Below are positions 52,600 through 64,000 of a stretch of DNA of 64,000 nt, piece after piece (position 1 is the stretch's first letter; each line of letters opens with the position of its first letter). The notes under the pieces are model-generated. The model saw nothing but the letters and a program-made list of their open reading frames with translations, was not told where the DNA came from and ran no database searches. The position numbers were made by a program, and so were the translations under genes. Origin of the DNA: Octopus sinensis (Eukaryota); contig NC_043012.1 in NCBI RefSeq assembly GCF_006345805.1, forward strand, positions 47,058,001-47,122,000. Direction: 5' to 3'.

Positions 52600-53620
52600 T
52601 GATTACGTATTTTATATCTTCAAGAATGAAGTTTATAAATATATCTCTGGATATCCCCACTAGATACAGAAAAAATTGCTAAAAGCGTTATAGGATGAGA
52701 GATGAAATATTTGCAAATCTAGTGATTATTCATATTCTGAGTTGCAAAATTTATATTCGATAAACTAATCAGATATTTTGGTGAATGCTGTCGACTCCAT
52801 AATCATCGGTATTCTCTTCACAAGTTGTAAAACTTTTGCGAATTACTCGAGGGAATCCGAACTATATTTTATTATGAAACTATAAAACTTTTTTTTTTCT
52901 TACGGAGTTTTCCAAACGCAATTAACTATTCATTCTGCCTATGAGTACTTATATTTGAAAAATGTATATTTTAATACAAAAGAAAATTTAGAAATATTCA
53001 TTGAAGCAAATTTGAAGAAATAAACCGAATTTACTCTTCATGTGTCATATATAATTTCAAATGAAAAGGAAAACGGGCTCTAAAAATCCATTTCCCTTAA
53101 CTAATATAACCGAGATTATTTTAGTTGAATCTGGACGTGATATAGCGCAAAGTCTACTAAGAAAGGCTGTTTGGTCAATTTCAAGAGGGATGATTTGGCA
53201 GCAATTGCATCTGTTAAAGAGTTCCGTGCGAAGAATAATGAACCATATGAAAATAGTTTATAATCACTAGATTTGCAAAATGGCGCGACGAAAATGTGCA
53301 AGTGAATGTCTGTTATCAAGTGATAGTATTCTATAAAGAAAAGTAACAGAAGTATTTTTATTTTATTGGAAAAGCATCTCGTTATATTACTATAAAGCAT
53401 AACCAGGAGAGTGTCGATGCTGTGACAATCTTGGGAGAAGAACTTGTCAAAATTAGTGCAACATTCGCAGTTTAGAAGTCAGTGAAGAGAAGAAACCTCT
53501 ACGCGGTTGTTCGACATCCTAAGCACATTATACAATCATGTCTATATCACGCTTAAACTACTTCAAAGCAATGAACATAGCGGATCCAAGCCTCCTACAT
53601 ACATTGAGACTTGAATTGAA
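52600..53620 (+). mobile_element. Possible hAT transposase relic (C-terminal dimerisation-like region)
   Basis: TIMSISRLNYFKAMNI (~53530-53580) resembles the hAT STM..ERLN.L..MNI motif. Upstream frames are protein-like but broken, and the left boundary is a guess. Confidence 0.3.
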
Positions 53621-55149
53621 GGCAGCACCATATGATTATAGTTGTAATACTTTTCATTAAATCTCTTAATACCTCAGGAGTGACCAGGCGCTAAACAATA
53701 AAGACCGCAATTTTTCCAGACATTTTCATATTTATTAGTAACAGTGTTTACTAAAGAGAACTTTTAAAATGCGGAATGTCATTGGGCAGGATTAGCTATT
53801 TTAGTATAAAATCTGCAGCTTGACATTTCCTATAATCACATAAAAAGTAATATTAATGGAAACAAACTTTTTTGAAAACAATGTCAACTATCCGAGTAGC
53901 AACTAATGTCAACTATCAAACAAAGCGATCACCTTAGAACAATTTGTTTATTAGATTAGACTAGTTAATTAGTTAGTTATTGAACTAGTTGATTTATAGT
54001 GATAAAAACATGAATTGATATATAATCAGTGTGTGTTTCATGTTTATTGGGAAAGACCTCCTCCCAAATATATGTTGTAACTCGGGGTTTCATTTTCACA
54101 AAGTTGTAAAACAATAAATTACTGCAATAATTTTATCCAATTTTGTATAAAAAATAATTTTGTGATTTAAATTACGTAACATAGATCGACTGAATACTTT
54201 GCGTCAATGAAGATTCGGAAATGAATAAAATGTTAAAGCTGTATGCATTACAGGCTTAAGGGTGATACCTATTTTCTTGCGAAACTGTTTTCAAAAATGT
54301 ATAAAAGAGGTATGCTTCAAGGATTATACATTTAATCTACTAAAAATATAACGCTGAATGGAAATGTTAGTGAGTTATATTGAAACTTTTTATAAGTTCT
54401 CTTAAATTATATTCCAGTTGTATATATATAATTTAAAGAATAACAGAATAATGTTACAATCAAACATATAAGATTGTTGCTTTTATTAATTCCATTACGA
54501 GAACTAAGTACGTAAATAGAGGCTCATAAATTTTGTGAAAAATGTAACAATTGTTTCGAATGAACAAAACAAACGCTATTTTACTTATATGCTTTTAAGT
54601 AAATAAAATTTTATCTGTATAAAAGTAAATGTCACTAAAAGCAGGATTCTGTGAGTAAAACTTTGTGTTATCAAAAAAAAATGTTTATTGCGTCTGGTGA
54701 TACAAATATTAAAGTGAAATTCTGAGAAATTATCCGCAAAGTTACTTTAAGAAAACTACCATTCATCGTTGGCTTGTGTGTCTAGAGTAAATCTTAGTAA
54801 ACTTGCGACATATGAAAGGCAAATAAATAAAGACTGTTAGTTTCATAATGCTGGTAAAAATGCAGGGAAAATTATTAAAAGGGGGAAAAAAAGCGAGAAA
54901 AGGTGGAACATTTTGTGTCACTGAAAAATGAATGTATAAACTACAGGAAAAATGGAACTTGGTTTCAGGGCAAATAGATATAAAATATATTCAAGTGTGT
55001 TAAGATATATATAAAAAAACAGGTTTTTAGAGGGCATATATAGCAATGACATATGTGGAGGTGAAAATAGGATGTAGCATTCATCTACATATATATGTAT
55101 GTATAAATGTATATATGCATGCACATATATATGCATATGGGTATATATG

Positions 55150-55520
55150 TTGATTTCTTCACGGCAATCATACAGGTTCTCTTCGCTACTGGTTCATATA
55201 TCAGCAAAATTACTTCTAATTCTTTCGAAGTTGACGAATACAGACCGTGTCCAGTACTTTCAAAAATTCCAAAGCACCTTACGATTCCATCATGGTGCTA
55301 AGGCCCTAGTTATTTATACATTCAGGGACAAAAATAAAAATAAATGTGACATCGCTATAAAATATGATGTAGAGATTGAAAGAACGATGTGTAAACAGCA
55401 CACACATAACATGGACCATCATTGCTAAAGCCAGAAAATATAGAGTACGGAATATCAAATGTGAGCTTAGTATCACAGAAAAAACTAAATGTCATACAGA
55501 TGTCCATTTTAAATATTAGG
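55150..55520 (+). mobile_element. Decayed Penelope-like GIY-YIG C-terminus
   Basis: YISKITSNSF (cf. YIGKTS..FK), ITWTIIAKARKY..IKCELSITEK (cf. I.W.I..A.PY..C.LC..EK). Confidence 0.65.
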
Positions 55521-56013
55521 GATGAAACCTTCTTTCCCTGCATACACAAGCAATATTTAACACTCCGTCACTTCAAATAGGAACAACCACCCTCACTACC
55601 AAACCAACGGTGATAGGTTCTCTCCCTGAATGTGAACATTGAATATATACAACACACGAACTCCACCCATAGAAGAAAAAATCCCCCCTGATAAACTCAG
55701 CATACGAATATACGAACTTCAAATGTACCCAGAAATTGATTTACTATAATACAAACAAATTCGCCATCCAACATGTTTTCCCCCAAAACAAACACAAGTG
55801 AAATAATCATTCAAAAGGCGTCATCAATGAGTAGGGGCCCCTAGGTCGATTATTACTATTTTCTGACTTCTTGTGAACTTCCAAGACATTGTACGAGACG
55901 CGTTGTGCTTTCATCCAAAACGCAGACGAAAAGAGGAATTAGCTAACAACTCTACAAACACACCCACAGACAGAATTTCCCACAATTGTAATATATATAT
56001 AGCGTTTTTCCGA

Positions 56014-56087
56014 TGGCCGGATAACTGAAGAGATGGCAGCGTGGATTTCCACCTCGGCATCCGAAACTCGGAGTTTTATCATGGCTA
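56014..56087 (+). ncRNA. Type I hammerhead-like motif downstream of the Penelope relic
   Basis: tggcc g gataa-CTGAAGA-gatg..gtgg attt ccac..catc c-GAAA-ct cgg ag-T-T-ttatc at ggcta. Both conserved core strands are present in type I order and helices I and III close; helix II is irregular; triplet GUU. Confidence 0.7.
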
Positions 56088-56120
56088 CCGAATAATTGTC
56101 ACATATTACATCTACAGATA

Positions 56121-56182
<62 letters not shown>

Positions 56183-56500
56183 CTGTCACTCCGTCGCCTA
56201 CGACGACGAGGTTTCCAGCTGATCCGATCAACGGAACTCCTTGCTTGTTAGATTAACGTGCAAGTGGCTGAGCACTCCGTAGACACTCGTATCCCTTCAC
56301 ATACTTCTCAGGGAGACACACGGTGACAGATAGTGCGACAAGTCTGGCCCCTTGAGATACAGGTACTACTTATTTTTGCCAGCTGAATGGCCTGGAACAA
56401 CGGGAAATATAATGTGTTGCTCAAGGATACACTGCACTGTCGGGAATCGAACTCACGACCCTACGATCGTGAGCCGAATACCCTAATCATTAAGTCAGGC
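56183..56500 (-). mobile_element. Full-length CORE-type tRNA SINE (third family)
   Basis: Reverse complement: gattagggtattcggctcacgatcgtagggtcgtgagttcgattccc head, tatccttgagcaacac CORE-like block, tail ...cctcgtcgtcgtaggcgacggagtg. Confidence 0.85.
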
Positions 56501-57145
56501 ATCTTTACAGCCACGCACCTTTCACACTGCATGCGCCTTCATATATATAACATTGAAGAAATTGGAATCAACAAGAAGGAGTACGGTTGGACATTTATTT
56601 TTTAATCACGACAAATGTCTCCACGTGTTTCTCCAAAAGTACAGGTATTTGATTAGGCAACTGTTTATTTGCATAATAAAATCCAGTTACGTTTCCTCAA
56701 GTGATTTCAAGTTTTGTCTCCGTTAGTTCAAAATCTTCGACTTTAAGGTCATCCTATCCGTCCGTCTTGATTTGAATTTTGTAGCAGTTGGTAGATTCAT
56801 GTTTGGAGGGAGAGTGTGTTTGTTTGACTGCTATGTGTGGTATAGGATGGCTGTTCTGGTAACGGCTGATCACTGACCTGTTCTTCATGGTTGGCTGCAC
56901 ATTATATATGCCTGTATACACAAAGAGATACGCTCATACATATACACATCTATTCAGATACGTACGTGCATGCATACACGCTCACATGTACATACATACA
57001 CACGCATATATACAAACATATATTTCAGCATGCATATATACATATATATATATATATATACATACGTATACATATGTATACACACACGCACACACACACA
57101 AACATAGACACACACATACACACACACTCACACACACACACACAT

Positions 57146-57186
<41 letters not shown>

Positions 57187-57187
57187 A

Positions 57188-58103
57188 TCCGTGTTTATTG
57201 TGTCGTCTTCTAAGAGTTATACGTTCTTGTCCATGTTGTATTTTTCTACATACCTTAACATATATTCCAGGCGCCCCGTACCCCCCTTATCATTAATGTG
57301 AGCACATATCCTTAATAATTGGTACGACTCTCTGTTTGTCTCTCTCTCTCTCTCATTTTTACTTGATCTGTCCCCCTCTCTCTCTTTTCTCTCTACTCAT
57401 CCTCTTTTTCCCTTCTCTTTCCTCTGATTCTTTGGTCTAGTCTTCCACTACCCTCCTATTTCTTTGTCTCGCTCTGCACTCACAGGTCATTCTTCGACAC
57501 CCATCCCTTCTCCTCTCTGATTCCTTCTTTCTCTCTCTTCTCTCTCTTTGTTGCGTTTGTCCCTCCTCTCTCTCTCTCTTCCTTTGCTTCTCTTCTTTTC
57601 TTTTCCCTCTTCTCTGTCACGTGACTGTTGGCCGAAATCTGCCTTTCAGCTCCTGACCCTCGTCGTGTTAACATCGTTGTTTTTCGTCCGCCGCTATAAA
57701 GGCTTCTTCCAATGCGCCAGAGAAAACATTTGTTTGCTTGTTATCAGTCGTAAGACACTTGTTGTTTTCACCGTTAATGCTTCTGTATTTCATGTTTCTG
57801 TATTCCATTATTGTTTTTTGTTTTTTTATATCTGTCCCTTTTGCTGTCCTGGTGTTCGTATGCATTCGATCCTTCTTCCAGGAAATCTACGCTTCCAGCT
57901 TAGTTTTTCTAATGCTCGTTGCTTAGTTTTTCTTGGAGGGCTGGCCGTGATCTAGTAATCTCAAGATTAATCAGCCGAAATTACTACGATGATCCGGTTC
58001 TTGACTGAAGACTGAGGGTTTCGAGTGTCCTGTCCGTGTTTATTGTGTCGTCTTCTAAGAGTTATACGTTCTTGTCCATGTTGTATTTTTCTACATACCT
58101 TAA
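57188..58103 (-). mobile_element. 916-bp element bounded by identical 71-bp direct repeats; probable Penelope-type pLTR fragment
   Basis: 57188-57258 = 58033-58103 exactly, both abutting (TA)n. Minus frame ALEEAFI......*HDEGQEL weakly resembles a PLE C-terminus. Confidence 0.55.
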
Positions 58104-58117
58104 TATATATATATATA

Positions 58118-59184
58118 TACTGATCAACATATACACTTGTTCACTTAGATATATTCACCTTCACACAGGAATATATATATACCTACATAAATACACGACG
58201 TAAATAAGTGAGCAAACTGGCGAGAAGAAAAAGACAGAGAAAAAGAGAGAAAAAGAGAAAGAATGTCACAGATCATTAATATTTTCATAGTAAATTTCAA
58301 ATTCTTCATGGCGTTTCCAGTACAGAGATATCTTTGTCTTTCAGTTTTCTCCCAGTAGATTCCATTCCTTCAACCTTGATGAAAGAAGTTCAGCTCCTGA
58401 CTTAGTAAGACCCAGATCCCTGATTAAATCATCTAACTCACTCTGATTTGGAATGTGAGGCTCCGAGGTAGTTCTTGGTACGAAAGCTTCTTCCATTTCT
58501 TGGCTGCTTGTTGACTCTTCAGATGAAATATTTTCTGGTGGTAGTGATACTCGCAAACTGTCATCTTGTGGGACAGGTGCTCTAGATGATGGTATGTCTG
58601 GATACTGAAGAGCTTGTCTTCCTTTCCCTTTTCTGTACTTTGTCACATCGATCATACAGAGGTAACTCATCGTGATGGTTCTTTGTCTCTCTCCCAACCC
58701 TTGGAATGGCAAAAGGCATTGACCTTCCTGTACCTCTTAACCATCCTTCTAGAGCAGATCAACAGTTTCCGCATTTCACATGTGGGGCCCATGGTTTGTC
58801 CTAGTCACCCATAGGCATTCTGAAATAGTCTCTACGCTATCCACAATTTGGCACATTTTATGATTTTATGTAATACCTGCTTTTTTCCAATATAATAACC
58901 ATACACATAGCAAAATGTATCTGGAGAATTTTTACATACTCTAGTAGCCATCCTGAAAGTAGCAGAACTTAGTAATTGGTCTGAAAGAGAAAATTAAACA
59001 TATATTTAGTAGCGAAACTTTATAACAATACCGAATACATAATAATATCGAAAGTCGACATATTTTCTTAACTGTTGATGATACACAAAAAATAATTTCA
59101 CTTTTGGAATCAGTAGAAAAAATAGATTGATAAATAATAAAAAAAATGCAATAAACAAATGTTTCTTTTAATTGTTACGTTGTG
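58118..59184 (-). mobile_element. Chapaev-like (CMC superfamily) DNA transposon deletion derivative retaining the transposase N-terminus
   Basis: MATRVCKNSPDTFCY, DKPWAPHVKCGNC, MPFAIP, YPDIPSSRAPVP, EPH.PNQSELDDLIRDLGLTKSGAELLSSRLKEWNLL. Degenerate ends (t)actgatcaac / gttacgttgtg. The family name is from recall of this motif set. Confidence 0.65.
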
Positions 59185-59228
59185 TAATAGCTTACTGAAT
59201 AATTAACTGAATTTCTCTCCCACCAAAA

Positions 59229-59968
59229 TTACAATCTTTGAAGCAATGAATCGTCAAGCTGTGATGCACACATTAGTATATTTGTTGTAAGACCGTCTGG
59301 TATAACTTTTTCTGGTTTGCATGCTTCCAGAAATGATAAATGGCTTTTGATTTTAGCACGAAAACGATTAAGTTTTTTAACTGATACAATTGTCGATTGC
59401 TCGTTTTCTGATTCGTATTTGGATTGTAGAAAATCCGTTGGGCCTCGATTGCGGTCTAGCGAAACTAACAGGCCTGACAAGCCAACTGTAGAAGGAATAT
59501 AAAGCAAAAGCTATAATTTACATTACGATTTTCCTTAGACACCCGTAGTGTTTTGATAACTTCCAGAATTTCTAAATGTTCTAATACTTATTCGGTGTAA
59601 TATCAAACCAATCATCTCAATCTACTTGATTTTGGTATTTTAAAAGGGTTGAGGTAACTCTCCACAATGGCAATCAGACAAGACGAAGAGCGAGATGCGA
59701 TTCCAATGGATATTTTATTGGTTAAACGATATTTCCTTTTACCCACTGTCTTTTCCTTTTCGCCATTTATCAAATTGGAACTTAAAGACTGGTGACGTCA
59801 TTTCATCAAAGTGTGGATGGTGGTTGTTCTCGTTCATATTTGAATTGACATAATTTTCAGTTTTTATCACTTTATATTTTGAACTCGACAAAACCAGACT
59901 TGCTGCCGAAACATCGCTCATCCAATAAAATATCTAGTGCAATCGCATCGCGCTCTTCGTCTTGTCTG
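59229..59968 (-). mobile_element. Penelope-like element 5' end (ORF N-terminus) with inverted terminal repeat
   Basis: KKLNRFRAKIKSHLSFLEACKPEKVIPDGL (PLE N-terminal H..FL..C...IP.GL motif). 59675-59721 vs 59922-59968 are inverted, 43/47 identical. Confidence 0.7.
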
Positions 59969-60002
59969 TTTACCGTTGTCAAGAGTTACGTGAATCATTT
60001 TA

Positions 60003-60072
60003 AAGTATTATTATTATCATTGTTTTTATTATTATCATTATTATTATTGTTATTATTATTATTATTATTATT
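60003..60072. repeat. (TAA)n/(TTA)n tract at the 3' junction of the Dong-like LINE
   Basis: Directly visible. Confidence 0.95.
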
Positions 60073-63000
60073 CTATGTTTGACTTTTGCTTTATATTTGT
60101 ACAAGTTGGCTCCAAGTCTCACCCAGAGACCTCAAGAGACAACAGGGTTGGAAGTTCATGTTGTTGTTATGCCTAGTGTGCCATATATTTGGGGGGTGGG
60201 GATGTTGTACTAATGAATGTCTAGAAAAAAAGTTTTTTTTTTTTTTTTTTTAAACCGAAAATTATGGTTGTTTTAAACCTTGAGGTTACATAGAGAGTAT
60301 TTTGCGTAGGATATGAGCAGTTCCCATGAGCACTATCTTTTGAACTTCTGCCATTTTGGGGTTTCCTGGTATCTGAGTTAGGTAGCTATCAGCCCCTTTT
60401 GCTATCATTCCCAAGGCACCTATGACAACAGGTATTGTTTTAGTCTTCAGCTTCCACATTTTGCTGATTTCTATTTCAAGATCTTTATATTTGCTCAGTT
60501 TTTGGTAGGTCCTGACAGATACGTTTATATCGATTGGGACAGTCATATCAATGAGGAGGCATGTTCTTTGTTTGAAGTCTTTCAATATGATGTCTGGCCT
60601 ATTTGCATCTATCTTCCTGTCAGTTTGAATGGTGAAGTTCCAGAGGAGTGAGATGTGGTCATTTTCAAGCACTGGGGGTGGTTTGTGTTCCCACCAGTTT
60701 TTTTCATGGGGCAAATCCAGGTTTTTACAGATTACCCAGTGAATATATTGTGCAGCTCTATCGTGCCTGTTGAGATACTCTGTAGGCGCTAGAAGACTTC
60801 ACTTGGAGACCACATGGTCAATGGTTTCATTTTGTTGCTTGCATACACGACACGTTGGACTGCTTCTGATCTTTAATATGTTGGCCTGGTAGTTTCTTGT
60901 TGGTAGGCATTGATCTTGAGCTGCTATGATAAACCCCTCTGTTTCAGATTTTAAGCCAGAGGCCATTAGCCATTGATGGGTCAGGGCTTTGTCGATATCT
61001 GCATTATTCGCTCTCTTTGGGTATTTGCCATAGAGAGGTTTTTCTTGCCATTTATTATTCAGAATATCTAAGGCCGCAGTTTTGGCACGGGTTTTCATGC
61101 GCCTAGCTTTTTCTGTGCTTGTTTCTTGTATGTCTATCTCTAATTCCGAAATTGGTTGTATTCGGAATTCACTTAGATATTCCTTTGCCTGTTTTGTGAC
61201 TGAGTATGATGCTTTCTTGTTTTCATGTTTTGAGACAAGTTTTAACCAGAGTTTTTCAGGTAGGTGTCTAGGCCAATTGTAGCAATCTTCATTGTTATTG
61301 CCAGTTGCAAAAGACCACGGCCTCCCTCTTTTCTTGGCAGATAGAGTCCGTTCTGTATCTGCCTTAGGGTGGTGCATTCTATGCATTGTCAACAGTTTCC
61401 TTATTTTTCTGTCGAGCTGACATATTTCAGTAATTGACCAGTTAACAATATTGAAACTGTAAGTCACGACTGGTATAGCTAATGCATTGATTGCTTCGAT
61501 CCTGTTTCTTGCATTCAGCTCTGTCTTGAGTATTGCGCTCACTCTTCGATAGCATTCTCTCCTGATCCTTTCCTTTATCTCTGAATGCCTTATTCCGTTC
61601 CCTTCAATTACCCCTAGGTACATGTAGCTCTCCGCTGGGTCTAGTTCTTTTATGACATTCTGTTGGTCAAGGTTAACGTTAGATGTTTCTGTCATTTTTC
61701 CTTTGATAAAGGTAGCCTTTGCACATTTATCGAGGCCGAATTGCATTCTGATGTCGTCACTGATTTGTTTGACTATCGCTAGTAAGCCCTTGAGTTGTTG
61801 ATCATTTTTTGCAAAAAGCTTTAAATCATCCATGTAAACAAGATGATTTATATTTTTATCAAACATTTTATACCCGTACTGCGCGTCATTGAGCAGCTTT
61901 GAGAGAGGTATTAAGGATAAACAAAAGAGGAGTGGTGACAGTGAGTCACCTTGGAAAATGCCACACGAAATTTTTACATCACCAGCATTTAGGGATTCAC
62001 TGTCACTGTTCAGAGTTAGTGTGGTTCTCCATGATCTCATACTTACAGTCAAGAAGTTTCGCAGAGTTGGTGCTATCTTATACATTTCAAGGCATTTCCT
62101 AATCCAGCTATGTGGTAGGCTATCAAAAGCCTTTTTATAGTCTATCCAGGCTATTGATAAGTTTTTGTGTCGTTTGTGACAATCTTCTAAGATCATCTTA
62201 TTGATGAGTAGTTGGTCTTTACAGCCGTAGGATCCACGTTTACATCCTTTCTGTTCATTAGGGAATATGCTGCTGCCTGTTAAAAAACTATAGGTATATT
62301 CCGTCAGGACAGATGTTAGTGTTTTGTACATAGTTGTTAAGCAGGTTATGGGTCTATAGTTTTTTGGTGCATTTGTTTCTTCACTTTTTGGAAGCAGGAA
62401 TGTTAACCCATTAACTAGCCAAGGAGGCATCCTACTAGGGTGTTGCAAAACATCATTGTACAGTTCTGTTAGCAGTTCATGGCTCTCTGGGAAGGCATTC
62501 AGCCAGAAGTTAGGAATTTTATCCTTTCCTGGAGACTTCCATTTGCTTGACCCCCTGAGAGCAGATCTTATATCTTCTACCTTGACACCCTCCCACTTTT
62601 GCTCTTCTAAGGGGTCCAGTTCTGTAGATATTCTGTCAATCCAGGGGGCCTTTTCGTTGTGTGTTTTTTCTTCTGCCCAGATTTTATTCCAAAATCTCTG
62701 CACTTCTTCTTTTGATGGTACAGACCCTGCAGTAAACGCTGTTTTTCCTATCTTCCTGTAAAAATTCTTGGTGTTATTTTTGAACATGTTGTTGTCCTTG
62801 AAAAATCTAACACGCTTTTCATACCTCGCTATGCGGGCAGCTTTGGCAGATACCTTTTGTTTGATGGTTTCTATGGTGGCATCAATATCAAGTATAGTTT
62901 TCATATTGTATTTTTTCAGTAATTTTTGGGTTTTTGTAGGTTTGGTAGTCTTGTGAGCCCTAAGGTTTTTCAAATATTCAATGTCAGATCTAAATACTTT

Positions 63001-64000
63001 AATTTGTTGTTGCAGACGCTCTTGCCAAGAAGGCTTTTTGTGGGACTGTTGCCGTTTTCTAATCTTTACACCACATAGGATCGTTGAGATTTTCGCGGAT
63101 GCGTAGTATAGGTGGTTGAGGTTTGTGATATCAACATCATTAACTGAAATTATATCCTTAAGTGCAAGCCGGATTTTACCAATTATTTTCATGTTTTGGT
63201 TAGAGTTGCGGATTTTAGGAAGTGTATCACGCTCATCCATGCTGGTTTCTTTAATTTTCAGCCATTCAATCATGATTTGATTTTTTAGCTCATGTAGTTC
63301 TGTTGGGTCAATATTTGTGTGACTTTCTTTATCTATTTGATGCTCATCTGTCTTAGTGTTTATGATTGGTTCAGGGCGTATTTCACTTTGCCTATCACTT
63401 ATACTAACTCTTTCAATCCTTACTTCGTTTTTATCCGCCCTGGGCTGGTCTATAATCATTTCCTCTGTATTATCTTCTCTAGCTGCAGCTTCGTTCATTT
63501 TATCCGATATTGCTTGTCTAACCTGATCAATCTCTACTTCAGTCAGTAATTTCTTTTTTATAATGTTTCTTCTAACATTGGCAAGCTTGTTACTGTCTAT
63601 GTAGGGTCTTACTTCAGGGTGTTTCTGTCTCCAGTTTAAGTATGCTTGTACAGTGCTAGACTTATCTGTGGGGAAATATATGGCATGGTAGAAGGCCTCA
63701 AGAACTTCTTTATTATCTTCCCTAGACCATTTTTCCTTCTTTTTCTTTTGATTATTTGGTGATGAGCATGGATGGCCATCTGTTGGAATATTCCGGTTGT
63801 GGGGTTCGTCCAGCTCCTGTGTGTTGGGAAGATTTGATCCAGTAACTGATTTTTCAATCAGGATTTGGTTCAATTTTCGGGTACGTGGTCTTTTGTAATC
63901 CGCGCAATGACCAATGCGGTTTATTGTTTGATTTGTTGACCTTGAAGCATGACGAGCATCCATTCTTATATTAGGAGATGGATCTGTCAGTTTAGGGTTC
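60073..64000 (-). mobile_element. Nearly intact R4/Dong-clade non-LTR retrotransposon (single ORF 63963-60286: RT, CCHC, restriction-like endonuclease)
   Basis: KNYRPITCL, DYKKAFDSLPH, GIFQGDSLSP, YMDDLKL, CRVC..ETIDHVVSK*; read-through of the in-frame TGA (60799-60801) gives RHD..., RPDII, IDMTVP, KLSKYKDL, PVVIGALG. Two compensating frameshifts lie at ~61347 and ~61250. Confidence 0.95.

Noticed and set aside
57935-58030. tagtaat/attacta stem with GAAA, and a nearby CTGAAGA
   Set aside because: The elements are in an order and spacing that cannot form any hammerhead topology.

Overview
AT-rich, microsatellite-dense eukaryotic DNA. The tRNA-derived SINE heads and TE mix suggest a cephalopod (Octopus-like) genome, which is an inference. 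I found no host protein-coding gene, rRNA, true tRNA or CRISPR array; most short ORFs in the track are translations of (TA)n/(CA)n/(GAT)n repeats. The window is a layered TE graveyard: two R4/Dong-clade LINEs (one nearly intact at 60.07-64.0 kb, abutting a (TAA)n tract), a HERO-like LINE, a CR1-group LINE, two RTE-like relics, three mariner relics, a Chapaev-like deletion derivative, several MITEs, about 14 SINE copies and about 6 Penelope-like (GIY-YIG) fragments. Two things stand out. (1) Several minimal hammerhead-ribozyme folds sit at Penelope termini, including one (40399-40438) whose core has the C3-G8 pair replaced by U3-A8. (2) Young fold-back inversions and mosaic duplications recur at (TA)n/(CA)n tracts, which looks like a local template-switching hotspot. 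All calls come from reading the sequence by eye; no search or folding program was run, and boundaries of decayed elements are approximate.
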